DNA from: an uncultured Desulfobacter sp.
GTDB lineage: Bacteria > Desulfobacterota > Desulfobacteria > Desulfobacterales > Desulfobacteraceae
Length of the DNA stretch: 64,000 nt
Assembly (NCBI GenBank): GCA_963665095.1
Contig: OY762069.1
Coordinates: 4,512,001 to 4,576,000 of the forward strand
Direction of reading: 5' to 3'
Shown piece by piece: positions 10,901-19,109 of the stretch (the stretch's first letter is position 1; each line of letters opens with the position of its first letter). The notes beneath the pieces are model-generated. The model saw nothing but the letters and a program-made list of their open reading frames with translations. It had not been told where the DNA came from and did no database searches. A program made the translations under genes and the position numbers.

Positions 10901-11945
10901 CATCCTTCACCTTTTTCTTGCCGCTGAGTACCGTGGGCTCCGCAGCACCGGAGATCTCAGGCACAGCCATGGTCCAGGTCACCTGGAGGCTTTCCACCCC
11001 TTCCATGCTCTGTTCCCACTGGTCCAGGGTCTTGGCATACAGATTCACGGCATTGAACACCGGCACATCTAAAGCCGCCACCTGACGGGCCAGGTTGTCG
11101 GTCAGGGAACTGTTGAACTTTAAAGAAAAGGAGACCAGCATTTTGATGCGTGCCTGTTTATTCTTATCCAGAAAATAGGTGGGGATCACCTGTTCCTCCC
11201 GGCCAAAACAGGGCATTACATTGAATCCTGTTTCTTCAAACCGGCGGATGATCTGATCCATGATGGGCTTCTGGCCCGGTGTGAGATATGAAGGGTAAAA
11301 CAACAGGCCAATGGGTGTTTTTTTTGCATCAAACCCAGGGCGCCCCGCCTGCCAGGCAAGATAAGGTTCAGCTGTGGGAAAAGAGGCTTTTGCATCGGGG
11401 TGATACACGCCCATTTCCGGCTGCTTTTTCACAGGGCCATAGGCAATGGTGGAATCAATATGGCGATGGGCCACCAGACGCAGCATGTTCCGGATATTTT
11501 CAACATAGGTCTGACGGTAATATTGGGCCACCTCATCGTCAAAGAGATACCCCATCTTCTTTAAGGAGGCATCATCCAGGGAGCCGCGCAGGGCATACAC
11601 CGGTTTCCCCTTAAGCCCGTCACAGCCGGCCAGAAAATTTAATAGTTCCTTTCCCATGACATCGGCCACAACAACCTTTGCCCGGGCCACGGTCTGCCGG
11701 GCCGCTTCCGGCCGCTCCCGGGTCTGGCCCACTGAAATGGCCGACACCTTTACCTCCGGCTCAAGCCCCTGCAGCGCCAGATCCACGACATAGGAGTTCT
11801 GGTCCAGCACCAGGAAGGCGATATCATGGGATGATGCCGCATGGGCCCAATGCACGGCGCCCAGCAGCACCCAAAATACAGCCAGACCGTGTAACCGACA
11901 ACGGCGTACCATATTCTTTCCATATTTTTTATTGCTAAATTTCAT
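7971..11945 (-). CDS. CobN/magnesium-chelatase-H family protein, copy 1 (exported, C-terminally anchored; HmuS/BtuS-like)
   Basis: 1324 aa; PHHQY, HLGTHATYEW, PYIVDDVGEG.QAKRRG, PTGKNF, RPRIDV, SGLYRD and RYLNPKWI motifs; signal peptide (…WAHA|ASS) and C-terminal TM. Alternative start at 11912. Confidence 0.92.
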   Translation of the reverse strand: MKFSNKKYGKNMVRRCRLHGLAVFWVLLGAVHWAHAASSHDIAFLVLDQNSYVVDLALQGLEPEVKVSAISVGQTRERPEAARQTVARAKVVVADVMGKELLNFLAGCDGLKGKPVYALRGSLDDASLKKMGYLFDDEVAQYYRQTYVENIRNMLRLVAHRHIDSTIAYGPVKKQPEMGVYHPDAKASFPTAEPYLAWQAGRPGFDAKKTPIGLLFYPSYLTPGQKPIMDQIIRRFEETGFNVMPCFGREEQVIPTYFLDKNKQARIKMLVSFSLKFNSSLTDNLARQVAALDVPVFNAVNLYAKTLDQWEQSMEGVESLQVTWTMAVPEISGAAEPTVLSGKKKVKDEGTGKTYYIGSLASANLDRLIDRIKGWDRLQKAANPDKKVAIMFYNHHQGKQNIGASYLNVFKSIAAIQNALDKQGYQAGKSLSKDEVKALLLTSARNIGSWAPGELDKLTASGEVVRVPLDEYRSWFATLPKDFRENVIRQWGTVDDSKIMIQDNAFIIPAARTENLILLPEPSRGWGDDPMKLYHDTTLYPHHQYLAVYLWLQKNFKAHAVIHLGTHATYEWTPGKQAGLSPSCSPEVLTTNIPNLYPYIVDDVGEGIQAKRRGRGVIISHLTPVLKSADIDEEYARMADLAGEIEQGETIGSQAIEEKKVELFALAEKTGIFKDLPHLPENEDEKIHVLGHYLEAVKESLIPYGMHTFGVSPVPEAAKEMTAAIKTWDPEASQNKNANGFESALKACGPSEMAALIHGLNGGYVAPGPGNDPVRNPDAIPTGKNFYGFNPGKMPSPAAWALGVKAGDQIIANHLKNKGGYPHKVAVVLWATESLRNEGMNECTILYLIGVKPKWNKAGRVLGLELMTKAELNRPRIDVMINASGLYRDLFPDKMLFLDEAVRLAARQTDVENLIARHNQETKTRLIKEGMDPDEAEEVSRFRVFSEPPGAYGNGVSEMASGSSLWDDPDRVAEVWENRTGYAFGKTGTGKSWGIPAQKALKAQLAQVDAVTHSKSSNVYGLMDNDDMFQYLGGLAMAVRKEAGKSPETLVTKQTKGTTVAVEDLAQSIGMEMRARYLNPKWIKGMKAEGYAGARAMADFVEYLWGWNLTTPDKVDESKWNETYDVYVADKYGLEMDEFFAKASPWAFQSITARMLETHRKGYWKADQKKLETLAADYAKSIVAKGIACCEHTCNNPMLNQMVVSIVSIPGVLSPEIADAFKMAVEEMAGKTLTDQVKARQELLESLTAPGSRADMGRPSKPGDTGAGEQETVEGFKMEEIKKMKDKTTKMSTSGMEWMGLLAVLAVLALVSLGFYKRQKLHEL

Positions 11946-12037
11946 TTCAAGCTTTCAACTCTGATATAAAGTTAAAGCAACTTGCCAGTTAGCTTTTTAA
12001 ATTCACCCATCGGATATGCCAATTAATCCGTTATGGA

Positions 12038-12161
12038 CGTTTGGGGTAAGATTTATCCAGATGCAAGGCGCAAGAAAAGTTAAAACCGGAGCAACCTGAA
12101 GGTTGTGAGGATTTTAACTTTTTGCACCAACGCCGCAGGTGGATGAATTTTAGCCCAAACG
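12038..12161. repeat. REP/MITE-like palindromic element directly after the DUF2149 stop codon
   Basis: Terminal arms CGTTTGGG...CCCAAACG, inner arms ATTTATCCA/TGGATGAAT and AAAAGTTAAAA/TTTTAACTTTT; internal AAGGCGCA...CAACGCCG signature. Confidence 0.75.
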
Positions 12162-12497
12162 CTAGTCGGGAATATATATCATGGAGCCATCTTCGAGTTT
12201 GTAAGCAGTACCCAGACGCTCGCCTTTACCCTTGGCCTTAGCCTCAGTCACCTTCATGGCGGTAATCTTCTTGCCCTTTTTCTCAATGATCTCCACCTGG
12301 CCGTTGTCCGATTTTTTCATCAGGGTGATGTTACTCTCCTGGGAGAGCAGATCCTCCAGGTGAAAGGCCCCGAAAATAGCAATGAGCAGCCCCACGATAA
12401 AGACAAGCCCTAGGTCAAAAAGGTTGGCCACCCCGGACATGGGGTCGTTGTCGGAAAAGCCCGTACCCCGGTTCTGACTGACTTTAAGATACCGCAT
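12162..12497 (-). CDS. DUF2149 family membrane protein (HmuV-like), copy 1
   Basis: DPMSGVANLFD + TM, GERLGTAYKLEDG.MIYIP; start MRYLK overlaps the upstream stop. Confidence 0.88.
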   Translation of the reverse strand: MRYLKVSQNRGTGFSDNDPMSGVANLFDLGLVFIVGLLIAIFGAFHLEDLLSQESNITLMKKSDNGQVEIIEKKGKKITAMKVTEAKAKGKGERLGTAYKLEDGSMIYIPD

Positions 12498-13095
12498 GAT
12501 CGCTGTCCTTGTCCGTGAGCAGTTCAGCAGCCAGTTCCATGGACTTGACATCGGCTTCCACCCACCGGCGCTGCACCGTAAACAGGCAATAGGCGATAAG
12601 CGTTAGGGCCATGCCCACAACGGTGGTGGTAAAGGCCACCACCAGATCCTGGGAGAGCTGGTTCAGGTCCCCCTGGCCCAGGGCGGCCAGACCCGTTCCC
12701 ATGGGGATCAGGGTGCCGATCAGCCCTAAGCCCGGGCCCAGCCGGATGATCATCTTCAGGGAATCCAGCGACTTCCACATCCGGTGTTCCTCATCCTGCA
12801 AAAGGCTGACAATGCGGATATGGTCACGATGGGTATCAAATCCGGCAAGCGCCCGGATAACTCTGGCCACAGAGCCGGGGAACAGCCCGTCGATCTTTTG
12901 TGCCACGATCTGGTCCGGCAGATCCCCGCCTGTTTTGGCACGCGTCACCGCAACTTTGCGCCTCTCAAGGAGAGCGCGCAAAAACCGCCCCAGATAAACC
13001 AGCATCCACAGGGACAGGCCTGACAAAATCAGGAGAACCGGCAGAAATAAAGATGAAGAGATCAGGTAAATCAGGGTCTTTAATACAGCAATCAT
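12484..13095 (-). CDS. MotA/TolQ/ExbB proton-channel family protein (HmuU-like), copy 1
   Basis: GPGLGLIGTLIPMGTGL and AFTTTVVG motifs; three TM segments. Confidence 0.9.
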   Translation of the reverse strand: MIAVLKTLIYLISSSLFLPVLLILSGLSLWMLVYLGRFLRALLERRKVAVTRAKTGGDLPDQIVAQKIDGLFPGSVARVIRALAGFDTHRDHIRIVSLLQDEEHRMWKSLDSLKMIIRLGPGLGLIGTLIPMGTGLAALGQGDLNQLSQDLVVAFTTTVVGMALTLIAYCLFTVQRRWVEADVKSMELAAELLTDKDSDHAVS

Positions 13096-13097
13096 AA

Positions 13098-13898
13098 TTA
13101 TTTACTCTCTTTTTTATAAATTTTTGGCCAGACAAAACCAATGACCACGGCAGCAAGAGCACCGCAGGCCAGCATCAGGCCTTTGGTGGAAATAGATCCC
13201 GCTTGCGCATCCGGCAATGAAATCCTGTAAATTTTATCCAGATCTGAAAATGCCGGTACCATGAAGATGGTGAGCAGAAAATAGGCAGACAGGTAGAGCA
13301 TCAAAGTGCCCAGCATCGGCTCCGGCGAAAACCGGTCCATGGCAAAAGATAGCGGCCAGGCCACGCCCAGGCTGACCAGAACAAAAAACAGGTACAGGGC
13401 CCATAAAAGGCCGGGGTGCCCGGGGTAAAGGATGTGCAGGAACGCCACGGACAAAAGGATCACGGTAAAACAGACCGGACAGGGGATCACCAGAGGAATC
13501 CAGCCCCGGGTGGTGCTGTGAGGTTCGCCAGGGGCGGCACTTTTTGTCCCCCTTTTATCCTGGCGCACACCTTGCAAAGCGTTTCCGCTTTTACCCGGTG
13601 TGGACACCAGGCGCGCCCCCCAGATGATCAGCAGCAATGCCAGGGCAAAATGCATGAACATGCCGCTTTTAAAAAAGGTCTGAAACTGATCCATGTGTGC
13701 GGTGAGATCAATTCCGGACAGAATCAGGCCTGCCAGAAAAAAAACCAGGGCATAAACCAGAGCAAAAAGTGCTGCGGCAAATGCTCTGTCCTTTGCCGTT
13801 TCCCGGGTGGAAAACAAGTAGGCAAGTCCGCCCCCGGCCTTGAGCGCAAAGGCGGCAAAGGAGACAAACAATCCCAGTATCAGTGTTTTTAATTCCAT
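13098..13898 (-). CDS. DUF2162 family multi-pass membrane protein, copy 1
   Basis: About 7 TM segments, F.lK.G.G motif and intramembrane PCPVC; precedes the MotA and DUF2149 genes. Confidence 0.8.
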   Translation of the reverse strand: MELKTLILGLFVSFAAFALKAGGGLAYLFSTRETAKDRAFAAALFALVYALVFFLAGLILSGIDLTAHMDQFQTFFKSGMFMHFALALLLIIWGARLVSTPGKSGNALQGVRQDKRGTKSAAPGEPHSTTRGWIPLVIPCPVCFTVILLSVAFLHILYPGHPGLLWALYLFFVLVSLGVAWPLSFAMDRFSPEPMLGTLMLYLSAYFLLTIFMVPAFSDLDKIYRISLPDAQAGSISTKGLMLACGALAAVVIGFVWPKIYKKESK

Positions 13899-13900
13899 GA

Positions 13901-15799
13901 CTAAAAATTAATACTCAAACCCGCCTCAAACCGGATCCCGTCATCCGGGTATCCGTAATGGGAGGAGTAATCTTTATCAAAGAGGTTGCGGATGTTGAAA
14001 AAGACCAGGCTCTTTTTGGTAAAAATAGTCACCGGCTGGGTCAGTTTGATATCGGTTGTCAGATAGGGATCAAGGGTCTCGTCTTCGGTGTTTTCATTGT
14101 CGGAGTATTGTTTGGAATACCCCCGGGTAATCCACTCAAACCGGGTTTTGGTCTTAAACTCGGTTTTAAAGATCATTTTTCCGGAGTGGGTGGGTGCATA
14201 GCTTAACCTGCAGCCATTGTCTTTGTTTTCCGTCTCCTGGAGGATGTAGTTGAACTCCAGATCGGTCTTTTTGGAAAAAGAATATTTATAACTTAGCTCA
14301 ACGCCCTGTTTATAGGCCTTGTCAACGTTTTCAGGGGAACTTACATTAAAACTGTCACGCTCGTATTTGATCAGATCCCGGGAGTCGGTTCTGAACAGGG
14401 AGGCAGACAATTTCTGATTGTCCCTGATCTTCTGGTCAAGGCCTAGGCTCATGCTGATATTTTTTTCCTTGTCCAGATCCGGATTTCCCCGCACCTGGTC
14501 AATGGCCCCGTGGCTGGGCTGGTAGAGCTGGCTGAAGGTGGGGATATGCTCGCTGTACCCGGCATTGAGCCGGATCTGGGTGGCATCGGAAAAGTTGTAG
14601 CTCACCCCGGCGTGTCCCCCGGGGCTGAAGTGATAATCATTGGTGTAATCCGCCCTGGCACCCAGGGTATAGGTGCAGGGTTTGGTGCGGATGTTGTATT
14701 CTGCGTGCCCGCCCGCACTGCTGCGGTTGTGCTTGCCGGACAGGGTATGGTCCACCCGGTTGCGTTCCAGCTGGAGCCCCACCCGCAGTTCGTCATCATC
14801 GTTCTCTTTGGGGGTGAAAAACAGATCCGATCCCAAACCTGCGGTAAAGGTATCTAAGGTAGACTTATCACCGTTATTGGCGGTTTCATCCAGCTTTTTG
14901 ATATCTGTCCATGCCTTTACGGTATAATCGGCGAAGCTTGCAAGATCTGAGTATTTGACATCAAGACTGCCCTTTTCATACCGCTGGGTGGCATTGGGCG
15001 TGGGGTTGTAGGTGGGGCCTGCCACACCATGGTCAGATATATACGCCTTCCCGTTCACCTGGAGCGCCCGGGTGCCTTTTTTCCAGTTATAGCCCAGGTT
15101 CAAATTACCCTGATCCTTCTGACTGTTGGTGCGTTTTCCGTCTTTGTGGGAGGCGCCGCCGGAGATGGTATACTGGCTTTTATCCTTGTCCATCTGGGCG
15201 GTGGCGCTTAAAGCTGCCAGGCCATAGGAGCCGCCTGTGGCCCGGACTTTTCCCTTTATTCCGGTTTTTGTTTTGGCTTTTTTCTGCTTGGTTTCAATGT
15301 AAATAGCCCCGGCAGCACTGTCCGGGCCCAGCCACACGGGTACGGGCGGCTTGAATACGGTAATTTTTTTAATGAGATCTATGGGGATACTGCTTAAATC
15401 CACGCCTCCGTACTGCATGGTGGAAGCCGGGCGGCCGTCAATAAGTACCAGTACGGAACCGGACCCGCCCCCGCCGCGGATGGAAATCCGTGTGCCCATG
15501 CCGGCCCCGCTGTCCTTGACATCCACGCCCGGCATGGCGCCAAGCACCTCCTGAACCTGAAGAAAATTGCGCTGTTCAATCTCCTTTGCCTCCATGGTCA
15601 CCACCTGGGAGGGGTTCTGCCGGGAAAAATCCTCTATCTTATCGCTGATGATGACCATCTCGCCAAGCTGTGTTCCCTGGCTTTGGGTGCCGCTGTCATG
15701 TCCCTGGGCAATTACGGATGGCACAGGCACACAAAAAGAAAAAATACATGCGAAATATCCGATTAACATCCAATGGCCCGTGAAGGGTCTCTTTTTCAT
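13901..15799 (-). CDS. TonB-dependent outer-membrane receptor, copy 1
   Basis: AAGGAG RBS before MKKRPF; TonB box GEMVIIS, plug motifs (ISIRGG, VLVLIDGRP, IKKITVFK), GNPDL.KE and C-terminal Phe. Confidence 0.92.
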   Translation of the reverse strand: MKKRPFTGHWMLIGYFACIFSFCVPVPSVIAQGHDSGTQSQGTQLGEMVIISDKIEDFSRQNPSQVVTMEAKEIEQRNFLQVQEVLGAMPGVDVKDSGAGMGTRISIRGGGGSGSVLVLIDGRPASTMQYGGVDLSSIPIDLIKKITVFKPPVPVWLGPDSAAGAIYIETKQKKAKTKTGIKGKVRATGGSYGLAALSATAQMDKDKSQYTISGGASHKDGKRTNSQKDQGNLNLGYNWKKGTRALQVNGKAYISDHGVAGPTYNPTPNATQRYEKGSLDVKYSDLASFADYTVKAWTDIKKLDETANNGDKSTLDTFTAGLGSDLFFTPKENDDDELRVGLQLERNRVDHTLSGKHNRSSAGGHAEYNIRTKPCTYTLGARADYTNDYHFSPGGHAGVSYNFSDATQIRLNAGYSEHIPTFSQLYQPSHGAIDQVRGNPDLDKEKNISMSLGLDQKIRDNQKLSASLFRTDSRDLIKYERDSFNVSSPENVDKAYKQGVELSYKYSFSKKTDLEFNYILQETENKDNGCRLSYAPTHSGKMIFKTEFKTKTRFEWITRGYSKQYSDNENTEDETLDPYLTTDIKLTQPVTIFTKKSLVFFNIRNLFDKDYSSHYGYPDDGIRFEAGLSINF

Positions 15800-15809
15800 G
15801 GTCATCTCC

Positions 15810-17387
15810 TTATTTGGCAAGCAGTAAATCAAAATCAACCCGGTCATAAAATTTCTTTGACCGGGTTTCATGGGTATCCAGCTCAAGCTTACACAACGCC
15901 CCTTTTTCCGCCTTTTTCACTATTGCCTGGCCGTGAACCACAGGCAGGTGCGCAATAATGGCGCGGTGGTTCCCGGCGGCTGCCACGGCCACATTATCAA
16001 TGCTTCTAACGCAAGCGAACCGCAAATCCGCATCAGACAGGGCCTTTTCAGAAATCAGCACCAGGTCACAGCCCAGTTTTGCCAGTACTATGGCTGTTTC
16101 AGGCTGACGCAGATCTGCCATGGGCACCATGGCCACGCAGGCCGGGCCAAAATGGAGCAGTTGATACGGTATCTCCCCGGTTTCAGCCTGGAAGAAACTT
16201 GATCCGTTCCGGGAAATCAGCAGAAAAGAAGGGGCGTTATTTTTTTCAATTACAGATAGGGCAAAGGCGCAGTTCTTTTTTTCAGCAAGGGTCTGCAACC
16301 GGGCTGTGTCCAGGGCCTTTTCCGTCATTTGTGGCAGCAGCCAGAGGATGGGCATGGACGATGGCGCTTCTGCAGTCTGGTGTTCAATTGCAGCCATATC
16401 CAACTGCTTTGATGATGTGGTCATCACCCGGACAGACAGCGAGCCTGGCTCCGGCAGTTTATAATACCGGGTCAAATCGTCTGTCCACGGTTCAAGATAG
16501 AGGGGCCGGTAATTGTCCACCTTCCGTTCGTCCAGCTTTTTCAGACGCGGACCACTGTCTAATTTGCCCTTTGGGTTCAAGGGGATATCGGCAAACAGGA
16601 GCGTGGAATCATCCGATCTCTTTATAAACATCGGGGTACCGTCGGGTTTGACAACCGTAGACACAGCCTTGCTCAAATCCATGACCCGGTCCATTCCGGT
16701 CCGGTTGCAGGCGGCGATATATACCCCGTTCTCCTGGGCCCGGGTCTGCCAGACATCCTCGGGCGGCATGGTCCCGCCCGGCGGCCAGTTGGCCGGCACC
16801 CAGATCAGATCCGCGCCTTTTAAAGCCAGCATTCTGGGAATCAGGCTGAAATAGCTGTCCGCACAGATGGCAATGCCAATGTTTCCCCAGGGCGTTGAAA
16901 ACACCCCCTTCTGATAAGCCCCCCCGCTTCGGGCCCAGCGGATCTCCCCCCAGGTTTTGCGGTATTTGCAGACCAGCTGCCCTGCAGGAGAATAAACAGC
17001 CGCGGCATTATAAAAAATGTCTGTGGCAGGGTCCCGTTCCGGGAAGGTAATGCCGATGTATACGCCGAGCTCCTTTGCCAGGGCCGCCACTCTTTTCAGG
17101 GAAGGGCTCTCCATGGTCAGGGTGTAGGGGCGGACGTCATCCCGGGAGGTAAACGAATAGCCGGAAATGGCAAGCTCTGTATTAAAAATAATTTTTGCAC
17201 CGGCGGCAGCCGCCTGCCGGTGAAGCTGTTCAAGGGCGTCCAGGTTTTTTGCAGGCTTTTTGTAGGTTGCCTTGAAATGGACCAGGGCGATTTTCAGGGT
17301 TGAATCTGCTGCCCCGGCCGGTCCCGGCATAAAAAACAGAATCAGGACAGATAAAACAAACCCAATGGTCCGGATGCGCCTTTTCAT
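15810..17387 (-). CDS. Exported carbon-nitrogen hydrolase (nitrilase superfamily) with a degenerate second domain
   Basis: Signal peptide (…PAGA|ADS); catalytic triad context NTELAISGY, YRKT, IAICAD; ACNRTG; the C-terminal half repeats the fold without the Cys. Confidence 0.85.
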   Translation of the reverse strand: MKRRIRTIGFVLSVLILFFMPGPAGAADSTLKIALVHFKATYKKPAKNLDALEQLHRQAAAAGAKIIFNTELAISGYSFTSRDDVRPYTLTMESPSLKRVAALAKELGVYIGITFPERDPATDIFYNAAAVYSPAGQLVCKYRKTWGEIRWARSGGAYQKGVFSTPWGNIGIAICADSYFSLIPRMLALKGADLIWVPANWPPGGTMPPEDVWQTRAQENGVYIAACNRTGMDRVMDLSKAVSTVVKPDGTPMFIKRSDDSTLLFADIPLNPKGKLDSGPRLKKLDERKVDNYRPLYLEPWTDDLTRYYKLPEPGSLSVRVMTTSSKQLDMAAIEHQTAEAPSSMPILWLLPQMTEKALDTARLQTLAEKKNCAFALSVIEKNNAPSFLLISRNGSSFFQAETGEIPYQLLHFGPACVAMVPMADLRQPETAIVLAKLGCDLVLISEKALSDADLRFACVRSIDNVAVAAAGNHRAIIAHLPVVHGQAIVKKAEKGALCKLELDTHETRSKKFYDRVDFDLLLAK

Positions 17388-17749
17388 TTTTTGTCTCCCT
17401 GTTTGCCGGATTCGCTGGGGATATAGATTACCCGGCCGTCTTTGAGCTGGTAGGCCGTGCCAAGCCTGAACCCTTCATCCCCGCCCACGGTTTTGTCCGT
17501 CACCTTTTTTACCTTTACCTGTTTACCCTTTTTAGTGATGATCTGCCACTGGTCCTTGACCTTCTTCATCACCGTGATCTCGCTGTCCGGGTTAAAGAAA
17601 TCAAGAACCTGGAAGGTGGACATCAAAGAGAGCAACAGGGCCACAATAAAAACCAGGGCCACATCAAACAGGTTGGCCACCCCGTTCATGGGGTCCTGGG
17701 AGGTGGTACTTCTGGCCCTGGCCGGCCGGGAACTGCTCATGAATCTCAT
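17384..17749 (-). CDS. DUF2149 family membrane protein, copy 2
   Basis: DPMNGVANLFD + TM, GFRLGTAYQLKDG.VIYIP. Confidence 0.88.
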   Translation of the reverse strand: MRFMSSSRPARARSTTSQDPMNGVANLFDVALVFIVALLLSLMSTFQVLDFFNPDSEITVMKKVKDQWQIITKKGKQVKVKKVTDKTVGGDEGFRLGTAYQLKDGRVIYIPSESGKQGDKK

Positions 17750-18363
17750 GGGTTCAGATCCTTTACCATGGCCTCGGACAACAGGTTGATCTGGCGAAGG
17801 TCATCCAGCACCCACAGCTCTTTGGTCACGGCAAAATAGTGGGCTGAAATTCCTAAAGCCAGCCCCACCACTGTGGTGGTAAAGGCCAGGATCAGGCTGG
17901 AGGAAAGTTGCGCCATATTACCCTGGGTGAGCCCGGCAAGACCGGTTCCCATGGGGATCAGGGTCCCCATCAGGCCAAGGCTTGGGCCTGCCCGGACAAT
18001 AAGTTTAACCCGGTCCACCTCTTTGAACATGGCAAGCTGGGCTTTCTGGTTGCAGGATTCGATTTTTTCCGTGAGAAACGGATCATTTGTCCGGCTGAGG
18101 TCTGAAATGGTTTTTGCGTACTCAACCACGCTGTAGGGCAGCTCTTTGGCCAGATCTCCGGGCAGGTGTTTTTCCTTGTGAATAAAATCCATGGCATCTT
18201 CCACATTGCCGGAAAGCCTGCGGCGTTTGATCCATTCGGCAAAAAAACCGCCGGTGTAGACCAGTAGCCACAGGCACAGCAGGATAAGACAGATCACCAC
18301 CGGATAGAGCAGTGCTGTTGAAATGGTATATAAAACCGTTTGAAAGGCGGGAAACAGGTTCAA
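17746..18363 (-). CDS. MotA/TolQ/ExbB family protein, copy 2
   Basis: GPSLGLMGTLIPMGTGL and AFTTTVVG motifs. Confidence 0.9.
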   Translation of the reverse strand: MNLFPAFQTVLYTISTALLYPVVICLILLCLWLLVYTGGFFAEWIKRRRLSGNVEDAMDFIHKEKHLPGDLAKELPYSVVEYAKTISDLSRTNDPFLTEKIESCNQKAQLAMFKEVDRVKLIVRAGPSLGLMGTLIPMGTGLAGLTQGNMAQLSSSLILAFTTTVVGLALGISAHYFAVTKELWVLDDLRQINLLSEAMVKDLNP

Positions 18364-19109
18364 GAGCGTTCTCCTTTTTGTGCATATAGTTTTTTAATGA
18401 AACCAAACCCTGCCAGGACAATACAGCAGGCCGCCAAAATCAGCATGGCCCGGGTATCGGTGCCCTGTACCGGGTTATTGGAAACCGCCATGGCAAAGGC
18501 GGGTTTGATCTTAGGGTATATGGGGGCAATGAGCACCGTGGCAAGGAAATAGACCGAGATCAACACCATGGCGGCACCCAAAAAGCCGTTGTCCATGCCG
18601 GTTTGCCGCCGGAACAGGGCCAATCCCCCAAGGGTGACAAGAATGATCCCCCAGAAGATTCCGAAAAGCACCAGGGTGGTGGCCCACGGGGCCATTTTTG
18701 ACAAAGACAGGGCCATGGTCAGATTCAGCAGGATCACGGTGGCGCACACCGGACACGGCAGCATGAGAAAGAGCCCTGCCGAAGTGTGCTGGTGCCCGCC
18801 GGCCGGTGCAAGCAACAGCTTAAGCCCCCAGACAAACAGCCCCAGAGCAATCGCCATATGGATGTACATGCCAAACTGCATCATGCGCACAATCCGGTCC
18901 AGAAAGGCCAGAAGATCCAGCCGGGTCACCACCAGGAAAAGAACGGCAAACAACACCACATAGGTCAGAAGCGTGCCAAAGAAAAAGGCCAGGCCCGACT
19001 TCCGGGAGACCCCGGGATTGAACACCCGGGAGCCGATTCCCATGCCCGCTTTAATGCCAAAGGAGAGAAACGCCATGATCACGCCGCTCATCCATAATTG
19101 CTTAACCAT
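18360..19109 (-). CDS. DUF2162 family membrane protein, copy 2
   Basis: FGIKAGMG and PCPVC motifs; multi-pass. Confidence 0.8.
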   Translation of the reverse strand: MVKQLWMSGVIMAFLSFGIKAGMGIGSRVFNPGVSRKSGLAFFFGTLLTYVVLFAVLFLVVTRLDLLAFLDRIVRMMQFGMYIHMAIALGLFVWGLKLLLAPAGGHQHTSAGLFLMLPCPVCATVILLNLTMALSLSKMAPWATTLVLFGIFWGIILVTLGGLALFRRQTGMDNGFLGAAMVLISVYFLATVLIAPIYPKIKPAFAMAVSNNPVQGTDTRAMLILAACCIVLAGFGFIKKLYAQKGERS

